Shown: positions 1 through 10,653 of the stretch, in pieces
How the letters are laid out: every line of letters begins with the position of its first letter
Position numbering within the stretch: the stretch's first letter is position 1
Source of the DNA: a virus
Lineage: Duplodnaviria; Caudoviricetes
IMG/VR virus record: IMGVR_UViG_3300046779_001841
Coordinates: 160,001-224,000 of that record
Direction: 5' to 3' (one strand)
DNA: 64,000 bases
Notes under the pieces: generated by a model
The model's input: only the letters and a program-made list of their open reading frames with translations
Database searches by the model: none
What the model was told of the DNA's origin: nothing
Translations under genes and position numbers: made by a program

Positions 1-2
1 CT

Positions 3-1607
3 GCTGGTGTTACAGAAGTTTTTATTGCAAGTGCTGAATCACCATATCAATTTAGAGGTGATGGTAAAGTTGATGTTTGGATTCGTGGTATCAGTTTAGC
101 CACTGCTACTGATCTTTATGCTCCAAATTTCCAAACTCATAAAGATAGTCTTTTCATTCCGATTGCAGAAGGTATCTATCAATTTAAACTCGCAGATCTT
201 AATGCTACTCTTTATAAAATGATAGACAATCAAACTTTAGATTATGGTTTAAAAAATGCTACCACTGGTGAATGGTTTGATCTCACTAATCATACCATTA
301 CAAATGATAATATTGTTATCTTAGATACTTCTTTGACACAACCTGATTACAATATCACAGATGTTATCATAGGTGACTGGCAAGAAAATATTAGTGAAAT
401 CATTTATCTGACTAGACAACCTGTTGAAGCGATCACCTCTTTGATAGATGAAAATAATATTGAATACAATCAAGATACCGATTATTTCTTTAAGAAAACA
501 CAAGATCCTTTATTAGAAGGATATTCCACTAAAGCAAAAGACTATGTTTTAATTAATAATGGTGTTATCACTTCGGATTTTTACTTTACCAGTGAAGTCT
601 TTAGTTTTATAGGTTTCTATCCATATCAAATCACCAAGAAAGGTGTAGATGCTTTAAGTATTCAACTCCGACTTGATTCAAGTGGTGATGGTGAAAGTGA
701 ATATACTTTCTTTAATTCATCTTTTCAAGACAATCCAGATTTCATTATTGAAACTACTGATGATGGTTATACTACTTTAACACGAACATCTAATTCTACC
801 ATTCCAGAAAATGTTACAGTCAAAGTAAATTACAGTTATCTCTTAAATCTTGAAATCACATATACATACAATCAAGTCTTGCAAAATGTTCAAACACAAA
901 TCAATAATACAAAACACCTAACTGCAGATATACTTGTTAAAGAGTGTATTCCTTGTCCAATAGATATTAAAGCAAATATAGTAGTTAGAAAAGGTTATCA
1001 AGTCAGTGATCTTGATCTCACAATCCGAAACAATATCCAAAATTATATTTCTTATCTCAATCTTGGTGCGAATCTAAGAGTAAGTGATATTATTCGTGTG
1101 CTTGATAATGCAAATGGTGTTGCTTTTATTGAACTACCATTAACTCAACTTTCTTTTAGTGAAAACACTCCAGTCATTAGAGAAGAGATCATACCGAACA
1201 ATAATTACACACAAATTGTATCTTTAACCACTGGTGTTGCGATTGCATGGCTTATTGATGTAAATCTAAGCCAACCTGCAACTACTGATGGTGGTGAATT
1301 GGGTCGTGTTTATGGAAATGGTTTAGAATTTAATCTTGTTTCACAATCTCTTATCACTACCTTAGGTAATACTCCAAATAGTGTTTGTATTATTGGTAAT
1401 GCAGATCTTGTTATAGGTGGCAGTCCTATTACAAATAGTAAAAATAAAATCCTTGTTGCATTGCCTATTGGTAAATCACCTAGTGAATATACATTCTATG
1501 TGAATTATCAAACTGCTGATGGTGCTGGTTTTGTGAATAACTTATCTTTAAATCCATTCTCTTATTTCACTGTTGGCAACTTAAACTTCACTTACAGAGC
1601 AGAGTAA
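3..1607 (+). CDS. Baseplate wedge protein, baseplate J-like (5' truncated by window edge)
   Basis: Frame 3 is open from base 3 (AGVTEVFIAS...RGDGKVDVWIRG...) into the listed 219 ORF. GV..V....G.G.VDV and the C-terminal 'IDIKANIVVRKGY...I..YI..L.LG..L..SDII..L....GV' pattern are typical of gpJ-like wedge proteins. Confidence 0.7.
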   Translation, partial: AGVTEVFIASAESPYQFRGDGKVDVWIRGISLATATDLYAPNFQTHKDSLFIPIAEGIYQFKLADLNATLYKMIDNQTLDYGLKNATTGEWFDLTNHTITNDNIVILDTSLTQPDYNITDVIIGDWQENISEIIYLTRQPVEAITSLIDENNIEYNQDTDYFFKKTQDPLLEGYSTKAKDYVLINNGVITSDFYFTSEVFSFIGFYPYQITKKGVDALSIQLRLDSSGDGESEYTFFNSSFQDNPDFIIETTDDGYTTLTRTSNSTIPENVTVKVNYSYLLNLEITYTYNQVLQNVQTQINNTKHLTADILVKECIPCPIDIKANIVVRKGYQVSDLDLTIRNNIQNYISYLNLGANLRVSDIIRVLDNANGVAFIELPLTQLSFSENTPVIREEIIPNNNYTQIVSLTTGVAIAWLIDVNLSQPATTDGGELGRVYGNGLEFNLVSQSLITTLGNTPNSVCIIGNADLVIGGSPITNSKNKILVALPIGKSPSEYTFYVNYQTADGAGFVNNLSLNPFSYFTVGNLNFTYRAE

Positions 1608-1611
1608 TAAC

Positions 1612-4002
1612 ATGAGTGATAAAATTCCTTTTTATCCAAATTTTCCTATCGCTAATACAGACCCTGTTGGTAGTAAAAGTGAAGAAAAGAAAGCACTCCA
1701 AGATAGTCTTGTTGTTGCTTATGCTAATGCACTTTCTGGTTCTTTAGCTTCTAATTATCTTTCCGAATTTGGTAGCAACAATCGTCTTTTATATGAAGGT
1801 GTTAGTAAAATCTTATCTAATCTTTTACTCGATTGTTTAGATCTTGTTAATGAAGTCGATTACTCTCAAATTAGACCAGAATTTTTTAATGATAGACTTT
1901 ATAGTTTGCTTTTTCCCAAATCGGTAGATCGTCCAACTTTTAATAATGAAACAGAATTAAAACAAACCATTTTAAATCTTATTCAAGCATTACTGCAAGG
2001 TAGTAAAGGCTCTGCTATCCTTGAACTCTTAAATAAAATCCAACCTAATACTCTTGTTGAGATCACTGAAATTGGTGATTTCTTGATTGATTGTTTAATC
2101 TCTTCTTATACAATCACTACAGAAGTTAATGACCATAAACATTATGTTTATGCACCCATTTTAGGTTTAGGTAAAACTTCTGCACCTATCGGATATAAAT
2201 GGGGTGATGATATTCATCAACATGATGTTTTAGATGGTATTGTTCAAACTGCGAATGAACACACACATGAAGTTCTTTTTGGTTTCCAACAAGATGTCAT
2301 CACACTACAAGATAATCTTTACAAACTACTCTTAAAAACAAAACCTGCCCATGTGAATATTGGCAATAGACCAAGTAGTTTATTTAAAGAAATTTTTCCT
2401 GCACCTGCTTTTGATTTCTCTTTGACTGCTGGTTTAATGTTTCAAGAAGATTTAAGAAAGACTGATCAAGGTATTTATCTTTCCAGTGTCTATGGTTACA
2501 CTACTGCTAATTCTAAATTCCTTAGATTTTATGATAGTGGCTTTAAAATAAATGATCGTGTTCGCATTAACAATCAAGAAAGAAAAATCATTTCTGCATC
2601 TACTGTTTTAGCTGATGATATTCCAGAAGTTATCTATTCTGTACCAAGACTTGATCTCATTGGTGTTGGTCAAATTCTAAATCATTGTTTAATTGTACCA
2701 CCACCTGGTGGATTTGTTCTTACTACTTATGAAATGCAAGAAGGTGAATTAGTTCTGATAGGTTCATCTGCATATTTCATCTTAAAAGTAAATCCATACA
2801 CATATAAATTATCTGCTCAAGTTTTTACTTTAGATCGACCTTTGACTTCAACCACTGCAGGACTTTATCTTGTAGAAGACACTCAATCATCTTTTAAAAC
2901 ACGACCATTAAGATATAAAAAATACACACAAACATTTGAATATTTAACAAGCCAATTCACATTACCTTTCTCTACACCATACACAATACATGGTATGCCT
3001 ATTTTACCATCTGATTTTACTTGCTCTACACCTATTCTTGAATATAACACATATACTCGTGTTGTAAGTCTTACAACATCAGTTAATGAAATTGAGATCA
3101 CTTATCCATATGATGAAACAGATCAAGTGTGTTTTAATGCTCTAAATGATACCAGTTTTGTTCTCAATTCTTATAGACCAATAAATCAAAGACCAAATAC
3201 AAATTTATTGCCTACAAACAGAATTGAGAAAAGAAATGGACAAGTTTTATTTCATCATCGGAATAAATATCCTTTGGTCAAAGAATGGGTAAGGTCTTTT
3301 TATGCACATAGCGATACGAATACTCTAAATAACACTTCTTTGGTTTTAAATTCTAAGACGAAGTTAAACAGATATAATGTGATCAATGCAGTCCATAGAA
3401 TACTCGCACCATCTACTGCGAGTGTTAGTGTATTAGATGGCAAAATTATTTTACCTTTTGTAGTCAAACGAATTATTTCTGTTAAACAAGGAATGACAAA
3501 TATCACATCATTTAAAGTAAATGGCAATGCAATTACTTTTACTGGCATTGCAGATGGCATAGTGATAGATGTTGTTTGTTTAACAAATCGTACAGTTAGT
3601 CAAACAGGTGATTGGTTTAGACCCGAACAATTAAATGAAGGTATGATACCTTTTAAAAATATTGTTAAACAAGTAGCATTTGATGTAGATGAATTTATGG
3701 CAAATCCTTTGGGAAATGCAACAACAATAGAAAAGCCAAGACAAACAAAAATTAAAGAAACGATTACAGATAATAGTGGTGTTGCGAGTGAATTTAGTTT
3801 TTTTAAAGATGAGTGGATAGGATTAGAACAGACTTATGTATATGAAGAAGTGTGTCCAATTTTTAGAACAAGTGGAGTAAATAATGCACCATTCTTGTTA
3901 AATAGTGGCATACTTAATCTTACACAATATGTATTAAATAATAACACTCAAGTTATATATGATGGTAATGCTAGTGTTGAAATTTTACTCATAGAACTTT
4001 AA
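1612..4002 (+). CDS. Baseplate/tail structural protein with HxH repeats and LN-rich repeats
   Basis: Directly follows the gpJ-like gene. Three HxH motifs (DHKH, IHQH, EHTH) and repeated LNxxxxxLN motifs near the C-terminus. Confidence 0.55.
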   Translation: MSDKIPFYPNFPIANTDPVGSKSEEKKALQDSLVVAYANALSGSLASNYLSEFGSNNRLLYEGVSKILSNLLLDCLDLVNEVDYSQIRPEFFNDRLYSLLFPKSVDRPTFNNETELKQTILNLIQALLQGSKGSAILELLNKIQPNTLVEITEIGDFLIDCLISSYTITTEVNDHKHYVYAPILGLGKTSAPIGYKWGDDIHQHDVLDGIVQTANEHTHEVLFGFQQDVITLQDNLYKLLLKTKPAHVNIGNRPSSLFKEIFPAPAFDFSLTAGLMFQEDLRKTDQGIYLSSVYGYTTANSKFLRFYDSGFKINDRVRINNQERKIISASTVLADDIPEVIYSVPRLDLIGVGQILNHCLIVPPPGGFVLTTYEMQEGELVLIGSSAYFILKVNPYTYKLSAQVFTLDRPLTSTTAGLYLVEDTQSSFKTRPLRYKKYTQTFEYLTSQFTLPFSTPYTIHGMPILPSDFTCSTPILEYNTYTRVVSLTTSVNEIEITYPYDETDQVCFNALNDTSFVLNSYRPINQRPNTNLLPTNRIEKRNGQVLFHHRNKYPLVKEWVRSFYAHSDTNTLNNTSLVLNSKTKLNRYNVINAVHRILAPSTASVSVLDGKIILPFVVKRIISVKQGMTNITSFKVNGNAITFTGIADGIVIDVVCLTNRTVSQTGDWFRPEQLNEGMIPFKNIVKQVAFDVDEFMANPLGNATTIEKPRQTKIKETITDNSGVASEFSFFKDEWIGLEQTYVYEEVCPIFRTSGVNNAPFLLNSGILNLTQYVLNNNTQVIYDGNASVEILLIEL

Positions 4003-4009
4003 AGGATGA

Positions 4010-4642
4010 ATGATAAAAATGATGAATGAAAAAGTTAAAAAACCCCAAAGTTCAGTCGCTTTTGGATTAGGTTTTAATGAAAACACATATCGAGTAAAAG
4101 GTGAAGTCTTTATTAAACTTGATGATAATGAAATCAAGGTTGATAATGTTTATACTTTAGATGGCAGTCTTTTAGCTAGTATTCTTTTCTCTGGTCAATA
4201 TCCTACACGAACTGCTATCACTATGCTGGCAGTAGGTACAGGTGCAACAGGTACAAGTTTAGTTCCAAGTATTGCAGATCAAAGACAAAGACGATTAAAT
4301 ACCGAATTAGAAAGAAAAACTTTTGCAAGTGTTGTCTTTAGAAATCCTACAACATTTGCAGTTAGTACTATTCCTACGAATGTTGTAGATTTTACAACAG
4401 TCTTTAATGAAGGTGAAGCAGTAGGTGCTTTAAATGAAATGGGTTTATTAAGTCCATTTAGTAGTAGTCCAAGCACCACAACACCTTTGCTTGATGGTAG
4501 TGGAGATCCTGTTTCTTTTCCAGATTACGATACCACTTTAGATGTTAGCGATTATGACATTTTGATTAACTATTTAACTTTTCCAGTTATCAATAAACCA
4601 TCAAATTCAGTTCTAGCTATCACTTGGCGATTAACATTCTAA
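4010..4642 (+). CDS. Tail-fibre attachment / baseplate protein
   Basis: ITMLAVGTG...RLNTELERK...EGEAVGALNEMGL...FPVINKPSNSVLAITWRLTF resembles the fibre-proximal domain found after baseplate wedge genes. Confidence 0.6.
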   Translation: MIKMMNEKVKKPQSSVAFGLGFNENTYRVKGEVFIKLDDNEIKVDNVYTLDGSLLASILFSGQYPTRTAITMLAVGTGATGTSLVPSIADQRQRRLNTELERKTFASVVFRNPTTFAVSTIPTNVVDFTTVFNEGEAVGALNEMGLLSPFSSSPSTTTPLLDGSGDPVSFPDYDTTLDVSDYDILINYLTFPVINKPSNSVLAITWRLTF

Positions 4643-4652
4643 GAGGTTTAGC

Positions 4653-7547
4653 ATGGCAAAATATATCAACACGACTTCAAGAAATCTTGATCCAAGTTTG
4701 ACGAATTATGAAAGTGTAGTTTTTCAAACAGGTAAGCCTTTACTTGATAGCGAATTAAATTTAGTTCAAGACATCAGTTTATCTAATGTTAAACCTAGTG
4801 GTATTATTTCAAATAAAAAAGATATTTTCGATGACTATGTTTTTGATACTACACCAAACACTTTAAAAATGAGTGCTTTTGATGTTCGAGTAAATAACAA
4901 AGTTTTACGAATTGCATATTCAAATGATACCAGTGGTTCAAATCAAATCACTATTCCAAGTCCACCTGCATCTCAAAAATCATCAGTCTTTGTTTTTCTT
5001 GAAGTTTGGAGAGCATTAGTAAGTCCAGCGACTTTAGCTACTGCAAGACTTAGAATAGGTGATAATGTTCAAGTTGGAGATAGTATCACTATTGATAGCG
5101 ATACTTTTACTTGTGGTACAGATTTTGATCTAGGTAGCGATAAATATGTCACTGCTTTAAATATAGCTAATGCAGTTTCAAGTGGTAGTGCAGTTGTATC
5201 TGCAGATAGTAAAGGCACGGATTTTGTCTTCTTAACTTTAAATGATACAGTTCCTGTTAATACTACTTCACTTGCTATCACAATTACACCTGCATCTGGT
5301 TTCTCAAGTGGTACAAATATTCCAGCTACTAACAAAATTTATATCTATGGTAATGTTGAATCTGAAAGTTCAAATTGGTTGGATGATGATATTTATGATA
5401 CTACTTTAAATGCAGAATCTACAAAGCGTATTCAATATCAATATCGTTTTAGAACAGTGGATAATTTTGCAGTTGGAACATATCAAGATGGCTTTTCAGA
5501 TACTACAAATGTTAAAGCACAAGGAACAAATGGTTCGCCAACATCTTATTCTTTTAGTGCAAGTACAACAGATAATGGTTTATGGATAGCAGGTAGTGGT
5601 GATCAAACAAGTGCAACTGATTTAGGCACAATAGATGGTTATGTCTATGCTTTACCTATTTGTTTTGTGAATAGAAGAAATAGTAGTGGTTTTAATCCAG
5701 TCAATCCAAATGGTGGTTTATTATCTACACATACAGGTGCAAGTTCATATTGGTTGGATATTCCTGATCCATTTGTAATTCCTGCAGGTGTTAGTGATCG
5801 TCCTGATGGTTTGTTTGCAGATATAGTAGCTGATGTAGATGTTACAGATTTAAGAAAAAAAGTGATAGACATAATAGATAGTGAGAAACTTCTAACAGAA
5901 CAAACACAATATCTTTTTGACAATAATCTTAAGACAATTCAAAGAGATGGTAGAGATAGATTTTATATAGGCAATCAAATTACAGATGGTGATCGAAGTA
6001 CAACACCTTTAGTATGTGATGCGATAGAATATTATGGATATACACAACCAGACACTTATGGAAATTTGATTGGTTTTGCAGATAGTCTTAGAAGAAGATA
6101 TTCAAGTTATCCAAATGTAGAGAAAGTGATCGCAACAATTACTTTAAGTGATACAGATCCAACAGGATTTAGTTATGTAGATAAAGCATCGGGTACTAAA
6201 TGGTATGAAGGTGATGAGATCATTTTAGATTTTGCAAATTTTTATGTCACTGGTTTCTTTAATCCTGTTACCGATTCTTTTCCTATAGGCACAAAAATCA
6301 TAGATGTTTTAAGAGCATGGCATGATGATGGACATACTACAACAGCAGTTAGTCAAAATATTCAGTTTAAGAAAATAGAGTTTATCTCTGCAACAAAGGT
6401 TTCTTTGATATTAGATAAAAATGATTTCACTGTAAATGGTGGTTTGAGTGCAAATAGTAATTATCAAATGGTAGGCAATAGTTCGGATGGTGATGTTGGT
6501 AGTTCAAGAAATATTTTTATTGAACTTGCTTTGTGTTATCCAGAAGGTGAAGGCTTAAGAGCAACACCTATAATAATATATCCAGACAACAGTGTTTATC
6601 CAAATGGTAGTGTGATTAATGAAGCTAGTTTATTTTTCTCAGAATTTGAAACGGGTCCCATTTTTAGTTTTGAAGAAGAAAAAAGATCTGTTTCTTTAGA
6701 ATATGTTAAGAAAGAACAAACAATCGAACTTGTAAGTAAATCAGCCACTGAAATTTTAACACCTTTTAAATTCTATGGTGATGGTATTACATATTATGTT
6801 GAATATGAAGATCAAGAAGTTGGTGCAGGATATTCTAATGTACTAAACACATCAGATTACAATAAATCCGATGCGAGTGTTTTAGTCAATTCTTTAACAA
6901 ATGCAGGTCAAACATTAGTCAGTCTAAAATACTATTCTTTAATGGCAAATAAAGCAAGAGCAATGATTTACTATAGGTATCTAGCATCTCAAACAACAAT
7001 ACCATCAGGTTCAACAATCGAAGTTGAACCTATCTATATTTCTAAATCTATGTTTGCCATCCAAACAAGCAAAGGTAGTTTGAGTGAATCTTACCCATAC
7101 CCAAGTGCAAGTGATATGGTAGGTATTCATATTGATTTTGATATAGATGAATGGGATTTACGAGCAAATGCTCAAATTTCTATCAGTGATTTTAATATTG
7201 ATGCAGGTATGTTACAATTAAACAATTTCATGCCTATTGATCTTAATACAGATATGACATTAACAAGTAAAACAACAGATTCTCAAGGTAATACAATTTA
7301 TGTAGGTGGTACTGGATATTTACCAGTGACATATACATCACCATTTTCAAGTGAAGTTGGTCATAAAAATGTATTGCCTTTATTATGTAAAGCAAAAACA
7401 AACACATCATATTTTAGAAAAGGTGAAGTGTTATTGGTTTTGATTAGTCGATATGGTGAATTAGATAGTGAGAATAAAATCACATTAGGAAATAATTACA
7501 CTATTGCGAGTATCTACAACACTAAGAACAGATTGATCGTGGAGTAA
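4653..7547 (+). CDS. Large baseplate/fibre structural protein (paralogue of 10654-15816)
   Basis: VVFQTGKPLLDSELN, FLEVWRALVSP, TKRIQYQYR, ALPIC..RRN and RPDGLFAD blocks are all shared with the 1720-aa ORF. Structural gene context. Confidence 0.6.
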   Translation: MAKYINTTSRNLDPSLTNYESVVFQTGKPLLDSELNLVQDISLSNVKPSGIISNKKDIFDDYVFDTTPNTLKMSAFDVRVNNKVLRIAYSNDTSGSNQITIPSPPASQKSSVFVFLEVWRALVSPATLATARLRIGDNVQVGDSITIDSDTFTCGTDFDLGSDKYVTALNIANAVSSGSAVVSADSKGTDFVFLTLNDTVPVNTTSLAITITPASGFSSGTNIPATNKIYIYGNVESESSNWLDDDIYDTTLNAESTKRIQYQYRFRTVDNFAVGTYQDGFSDTTNVKAQGTNGSPTSYSFSASTTDNGLWIAGSGDQTSATDLGTIDGYVYALPICFVNRRNSSGFNPVNPNGGLLSTHTGASSYWLDIPDPFVIPAGVSDRPDGLFADIVADVDVTDLRKKVIDIIDSEKLLTEQTQYLFDNNLKTIQRDGRDRFYIGNQITDGDRSTTPLVCDAIEYYGYTQPDTYGNLIGFADSLRRRYSSYPNVEKVIATITLSDTDPTGFSYVDKASGTKWYEGDEIILDFANFYVTGFFNPVTDSFPIGTKIIDVLRAWHDDGHTTTAVSQNIQFKKIEFISATKVSLILDKNDFTVNGGLSANSNYQMVGNSSDGDVGSSRNIFIELALCYPEGEGLRATPIIIYPDNSVYPNGSVINEASLFFSEFETGPIFSFEEEKRSVSLEYVKKEQTIELVSKSATEILTPFKFYGDGITYYVEYEDQEVGAGYSNVLNTSDYNKSDASVLVNSLTNAGQTLVSLKYYSLMANKARAMIYYRYLASQTTIPSGSTIEVEPIYISKSMFAIQTSKGSLSESYPYPSASDMVGIHIDFDIDEWDLRANAQISISDFNIDAGMLQLNNFMPIDLNTDMTLTSKTTDSQGNTIYVGGTGYLPVTYTSPFSSEVGHKNVLPLLCKAKTNTSYFRKGEVLLVLISRYGELDSENKITLGNNYTIASIYNTKNRLIVE

Positions 7548-7550
7548 AAA

Positions 7551-9992
7551 ATGCCTACAAGTTCTTTTAATGGAAATGCTGGTAACGGTACTAATAAAAA
7601 CATAAATAATATCATTTATGTTCAAGATAATGGAAATAAAAATCTTGATGGTTATTTAAATGTTAGTGGTGATACATCTTTAGATAGTGATTTATATGTT
7701 GGTGGCAATACTACTTTAGATGGCAATTTAATTGTTAATGGTAGCACCACTACCATTGATAGTGTTACTTTAACGATTGAAGATCCTGTTATCACTTTAG
7801 CAAAAAATGCTAATCAACATACAACTGCATCTACAGATGCTGGACTATTTATCCAAAGAGGAAGCACAGAAAATCCAGCGATCTTGATTTGGAATGAAAA
7901 TTCTAATCAATTTGAAGTTTCAACAGTGACAGGTGCTACAAGTGCAACAACTAATTTTACTGGTGGTGGTGTTACAAAAACATTTGTACCTTTTAAAGCT
8001 GGTGATATTTATGGCAGTTCGCTAGATGTGACAAATCAAGTAATTTCTTCTAGTGTAAGCACGAGTGTTTTATCCATAGGCGAACATAATTTTGATATAA
8101 ATGGTTTATTTTTTGGTGAATATGGCAATTTGAATATTCATTCTGCTCAATCATCTTCTAGTATTCTTTTAAATTGGAATGTAAGTTCTGGTATTCCTAC
8201 TACAAATGCTACTATTGAAGTTAAAAGAGGTTCTCTCACAAGTGCATTATTAAAATGGGATGAAACTAATGATGCTTGGGATTTCAATAAAGACATTTCT
8301 TCTCAAAAAATAAAAATTAGAACGGATGAAACAAGTGGTTCTTCTTCAAGAGTTTATATTTATTTCTATTATGGTGTTGGTCTTCTTAGTGAATTAGTTT
8401 ATTTCTATATCTATAAAACATCTGATAGTGGTTTAACTCGTACTGTTGTTCCTATCTCTATCATTTCTACATCTAGGATAGAAGCATATACTTCTAGTGG
8501 TTACAATGCGATCAAATTCAATAGTAATTCAGCATATAGTACTCATGCAAATGCAGATGCTTTTATTGATTTTGAAGATGGTGCTTCTTACTACATTAAT
8601 GTTTATAGTCCAAATGCTTCTGTTACATTCTCACCAAGTATTTCTTTTAGTTTTAGATACACTTCAGATGTTGGTTTAAGTGCAAACTACACTACACTTA
8701 CAAATGCTAATTATATTGCATCTGGTGGTTATAATGGCTTAATCCAAGTAAATAATGTTACACCTTTGGTTTCTCAAGTTTTTAGTGCTGGTACTAATAT
8801 TTCAAATTCCATAGATAATGCACCTGCTTTGAGTTTAGAATATTCTAAAGGTATTGCCAGTATTGTTTTAAATGCTGGTACTACAAGCACACCTACAGAT
8901 GCTAGTCTTCTTGTTGATCGTGGTTTAAATAGTTCAGCTAAAATACTATGGGATGAATCACAAACAGGTTGGATTTTTAATCAAGATATTCGATTAAGTG
9001 ATTCCACAAATATTCCAAACTTATATTTAGAAGATACAAGTTCTTTATATTTAGTAGATAGTGGCAGTGTTTGGATCAATGATGGTATTCTTGCTCTTGA
9101 AAGTCGATCTTCTAACACTACTCGTATTTATTTAAATAGTGAATTAGGTGTTGGCGATACTCCTACTACAGATGCTCAAATTACTGTTAATCGTGGAAAT
9201 GAAACCGCATCTTACATTAATTGGAATGAAACTTCTGATGTTTGGCAATTCACACCTAATATTAAAGTCACCGATTTTTCTTCTAATGTTGCACTCCAAA
9301 CTGATAATACTTTTGTCTATACTTATAAACCTTTAAGTTTAAATAATAGCTTGTTCTACAAGATACAAAGAATATCTAGTGCGACCACTGACATTAATTC
9401 AGATGTTTCTTTTGTAGTGATTGAAAATGGTGCTTTGGGTTCTGCAGTTTTTCAACCATCGTTGCCAGATTTAGATAGTGATACCATAGGTGGTCGTGTT
9501 ATCAATATTGCAATTAAAAATGCAAACTATGCTGAAATTTATCCTGCTACTATTTCTCAATACATTAGACATGGTGGTACAACTTATTCTAGTGGTAGTC
9601 CTTTAGTTCTAAGTGGATATAGTTCTGTTCAATTAGTTTCACATATTGTAGGTAGTGTAAAAGACTGGTATGTAACAGCTATTTCTAATTCAGATATGGT
9701 AGATACTCTTACAACAAATGGTGCAATTACTATTTTTAATGGTAAAATTTATCATTGCAATCCAGCAGGTGCTATTGCATTAACATTAGGTATTGCACCT
9801 AATGGTACTACTCTTACTTTTAGATCTATTATAAATCAAACCACTACTATCACTACTGCATCTAATGGTATCGAAGGTAATCACAACACGATTACATTAA
9901 ATTCAAATTCGGAAGGCTTGACGATATATTATTATGGTACAAGCTGGTGGATTTCTAGTATGTATGGCAATGTTGGTATAACCACAGTTTAA
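7551..9992 (+). CDS. Tail fibre protein with four internal repeats
   Basis: G/S/T-rich. Four [DN]A.[LI].[IV].RG......W[DN]E.....F units. Fibre-like N-terminus (LNVSGD..LD..LYVGG...LDGNLIVNG). Confidence 0.65.
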   Translation: MPTSSFNGNAGNGTNKNINNIIYVQDNGNKNLDGYLNVSGDTSLDSDLYVGGNTTLDGNLIVNGSTTTIDSVTLTIEDPVITLAKNANQHTTASTDAGLFIQRGSTENPAILIWNENSNQFEVSTVTGATSATTNFTGGGVTKTFVPFKAGDIYGSSLDVTNQVISSSVSTSVLSIGEHNFDINGLFFGEYGNLNIHSAQSSSSILLNWNVSSGIPTTNATIEVKRGSLTSALLKWDETNDAWDFNKDISSQKIKIRTDETSGSSSRVYIYFYYGVGLLSELVYFYIYKTSDSGLTRTVVPISIISTSRIEAYTSSGYNAIKFNSNSAYSTHANADAFIDFEDGASYYINVYSPNASVTFSPSISFSFRYTSDVGLSANYTTLTNANYIASGGYNGLIQVNNVTPLVSQVFSAGTNISNSIDNAPALSLEYSKGIASIVLNAGTTSTPTDASLLVDRGLNSSAKILWDESQTGWIFNQDIRLSDSTNIPNLYLEDTSSLYLVDSGSVWINDGILALESRSSNTTRIYLNSELGVGDTPTTDAQITVNRGNETASYINWNETSDVWQFTPNIKVTDFSSNVALQTDNTFVYTYKPLSLNNSLFYKIQRISSATTDINSDVSFVVIENGALGSAVFQPSLPDLDSDTIGGRVINIAIKNANYAEIYPATISQYIRHGGTTYSSGSPLVLSGYSSVQLVSHIVGSVKDWYVTAISNSDMVDTLTTNGAITIFNGKIYHCNPAGAIALTLGIAPNGTTLTFRSIINQTTTITTASNGIEGNHNTITLNSNSEGLTIYYYGTSWWISSMYGNVGITTV

Positions 9993-10008
9993 ACAAAAGA
10001 GTAAATAA

Positions 10009-10644
10009 ATGATAATAATAAATAGAAAAAACGATAAAATCATTCAAAGATCAAGCGAAGATACTATCACTGATATGAATGGTAAATATCTTTTAGATGA
10101 ACCTGCAAATACTAAAGTTTCTTTAGTAGAAATTATTCCTAATATTCAAACAAATATTGAAGATAGTTTTCTTGCTATTTATTCTGATTATACAGGTATC
10201 ACTTTTAACACACTACCAGTGAAAACTGATTTTGATACAAGTGCAGTATATCTTACATATAGTTCAAGATGTCAATTAGGTGATGACTATAATCATTGTG
10301 CAATTTTATCTAAAAATGAAAATACAAATGATCCAGGTGTTCTTATCACTGATACTATCACTATTCCAAGTTCAGATAAATTTCTTGTTTATTGGAAAGT
10401 AGCAGTTATTAGTTATGGTCAAGAACAATCTGTTACGGCTAATATTCCCAGTGAAATGATTTATAGTATTTTAGAACCAACTGACATCTCAGTGTATATT
10501 TCTAATGATGATGGTGTATCTTATACCGAAGCGACTTATTTGACACCTGTAAGTTTTTCAAGTGGTTCTACTACTATGCGAATTGCTTTCGTCAATAATT
10601 CATTAAATAAAATACACTTATTAGGATATGCAATACTATACTAG
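10009..10644 (+). CDS. Hypothetical virion/fibre-associated protein
   Basis: 211-aa beta-rich ORF between two structural genes. Function not recognised. Confidence 0.45.
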   Translation: MIIINRKNDKIIQRSSEDTITDMNGKYLLDEPANTKVSLVEIIPNIQTNIEDSFLAIYSDYTGITFNTLPVKTDFDTSAVYLTYSSRCQLGDDYNHCAILSKNENTNDPGVLITDTITIPSSDKFLVYWKVAVISYGQEQSVTANIPSEMIYSILEPTDISVYISNDDGVSYTEATYLTPVSFSSGSTTMRIAFVNNSLNKIHLLGYAILY

Positions 10645-10653
10645 GAGATTAAC

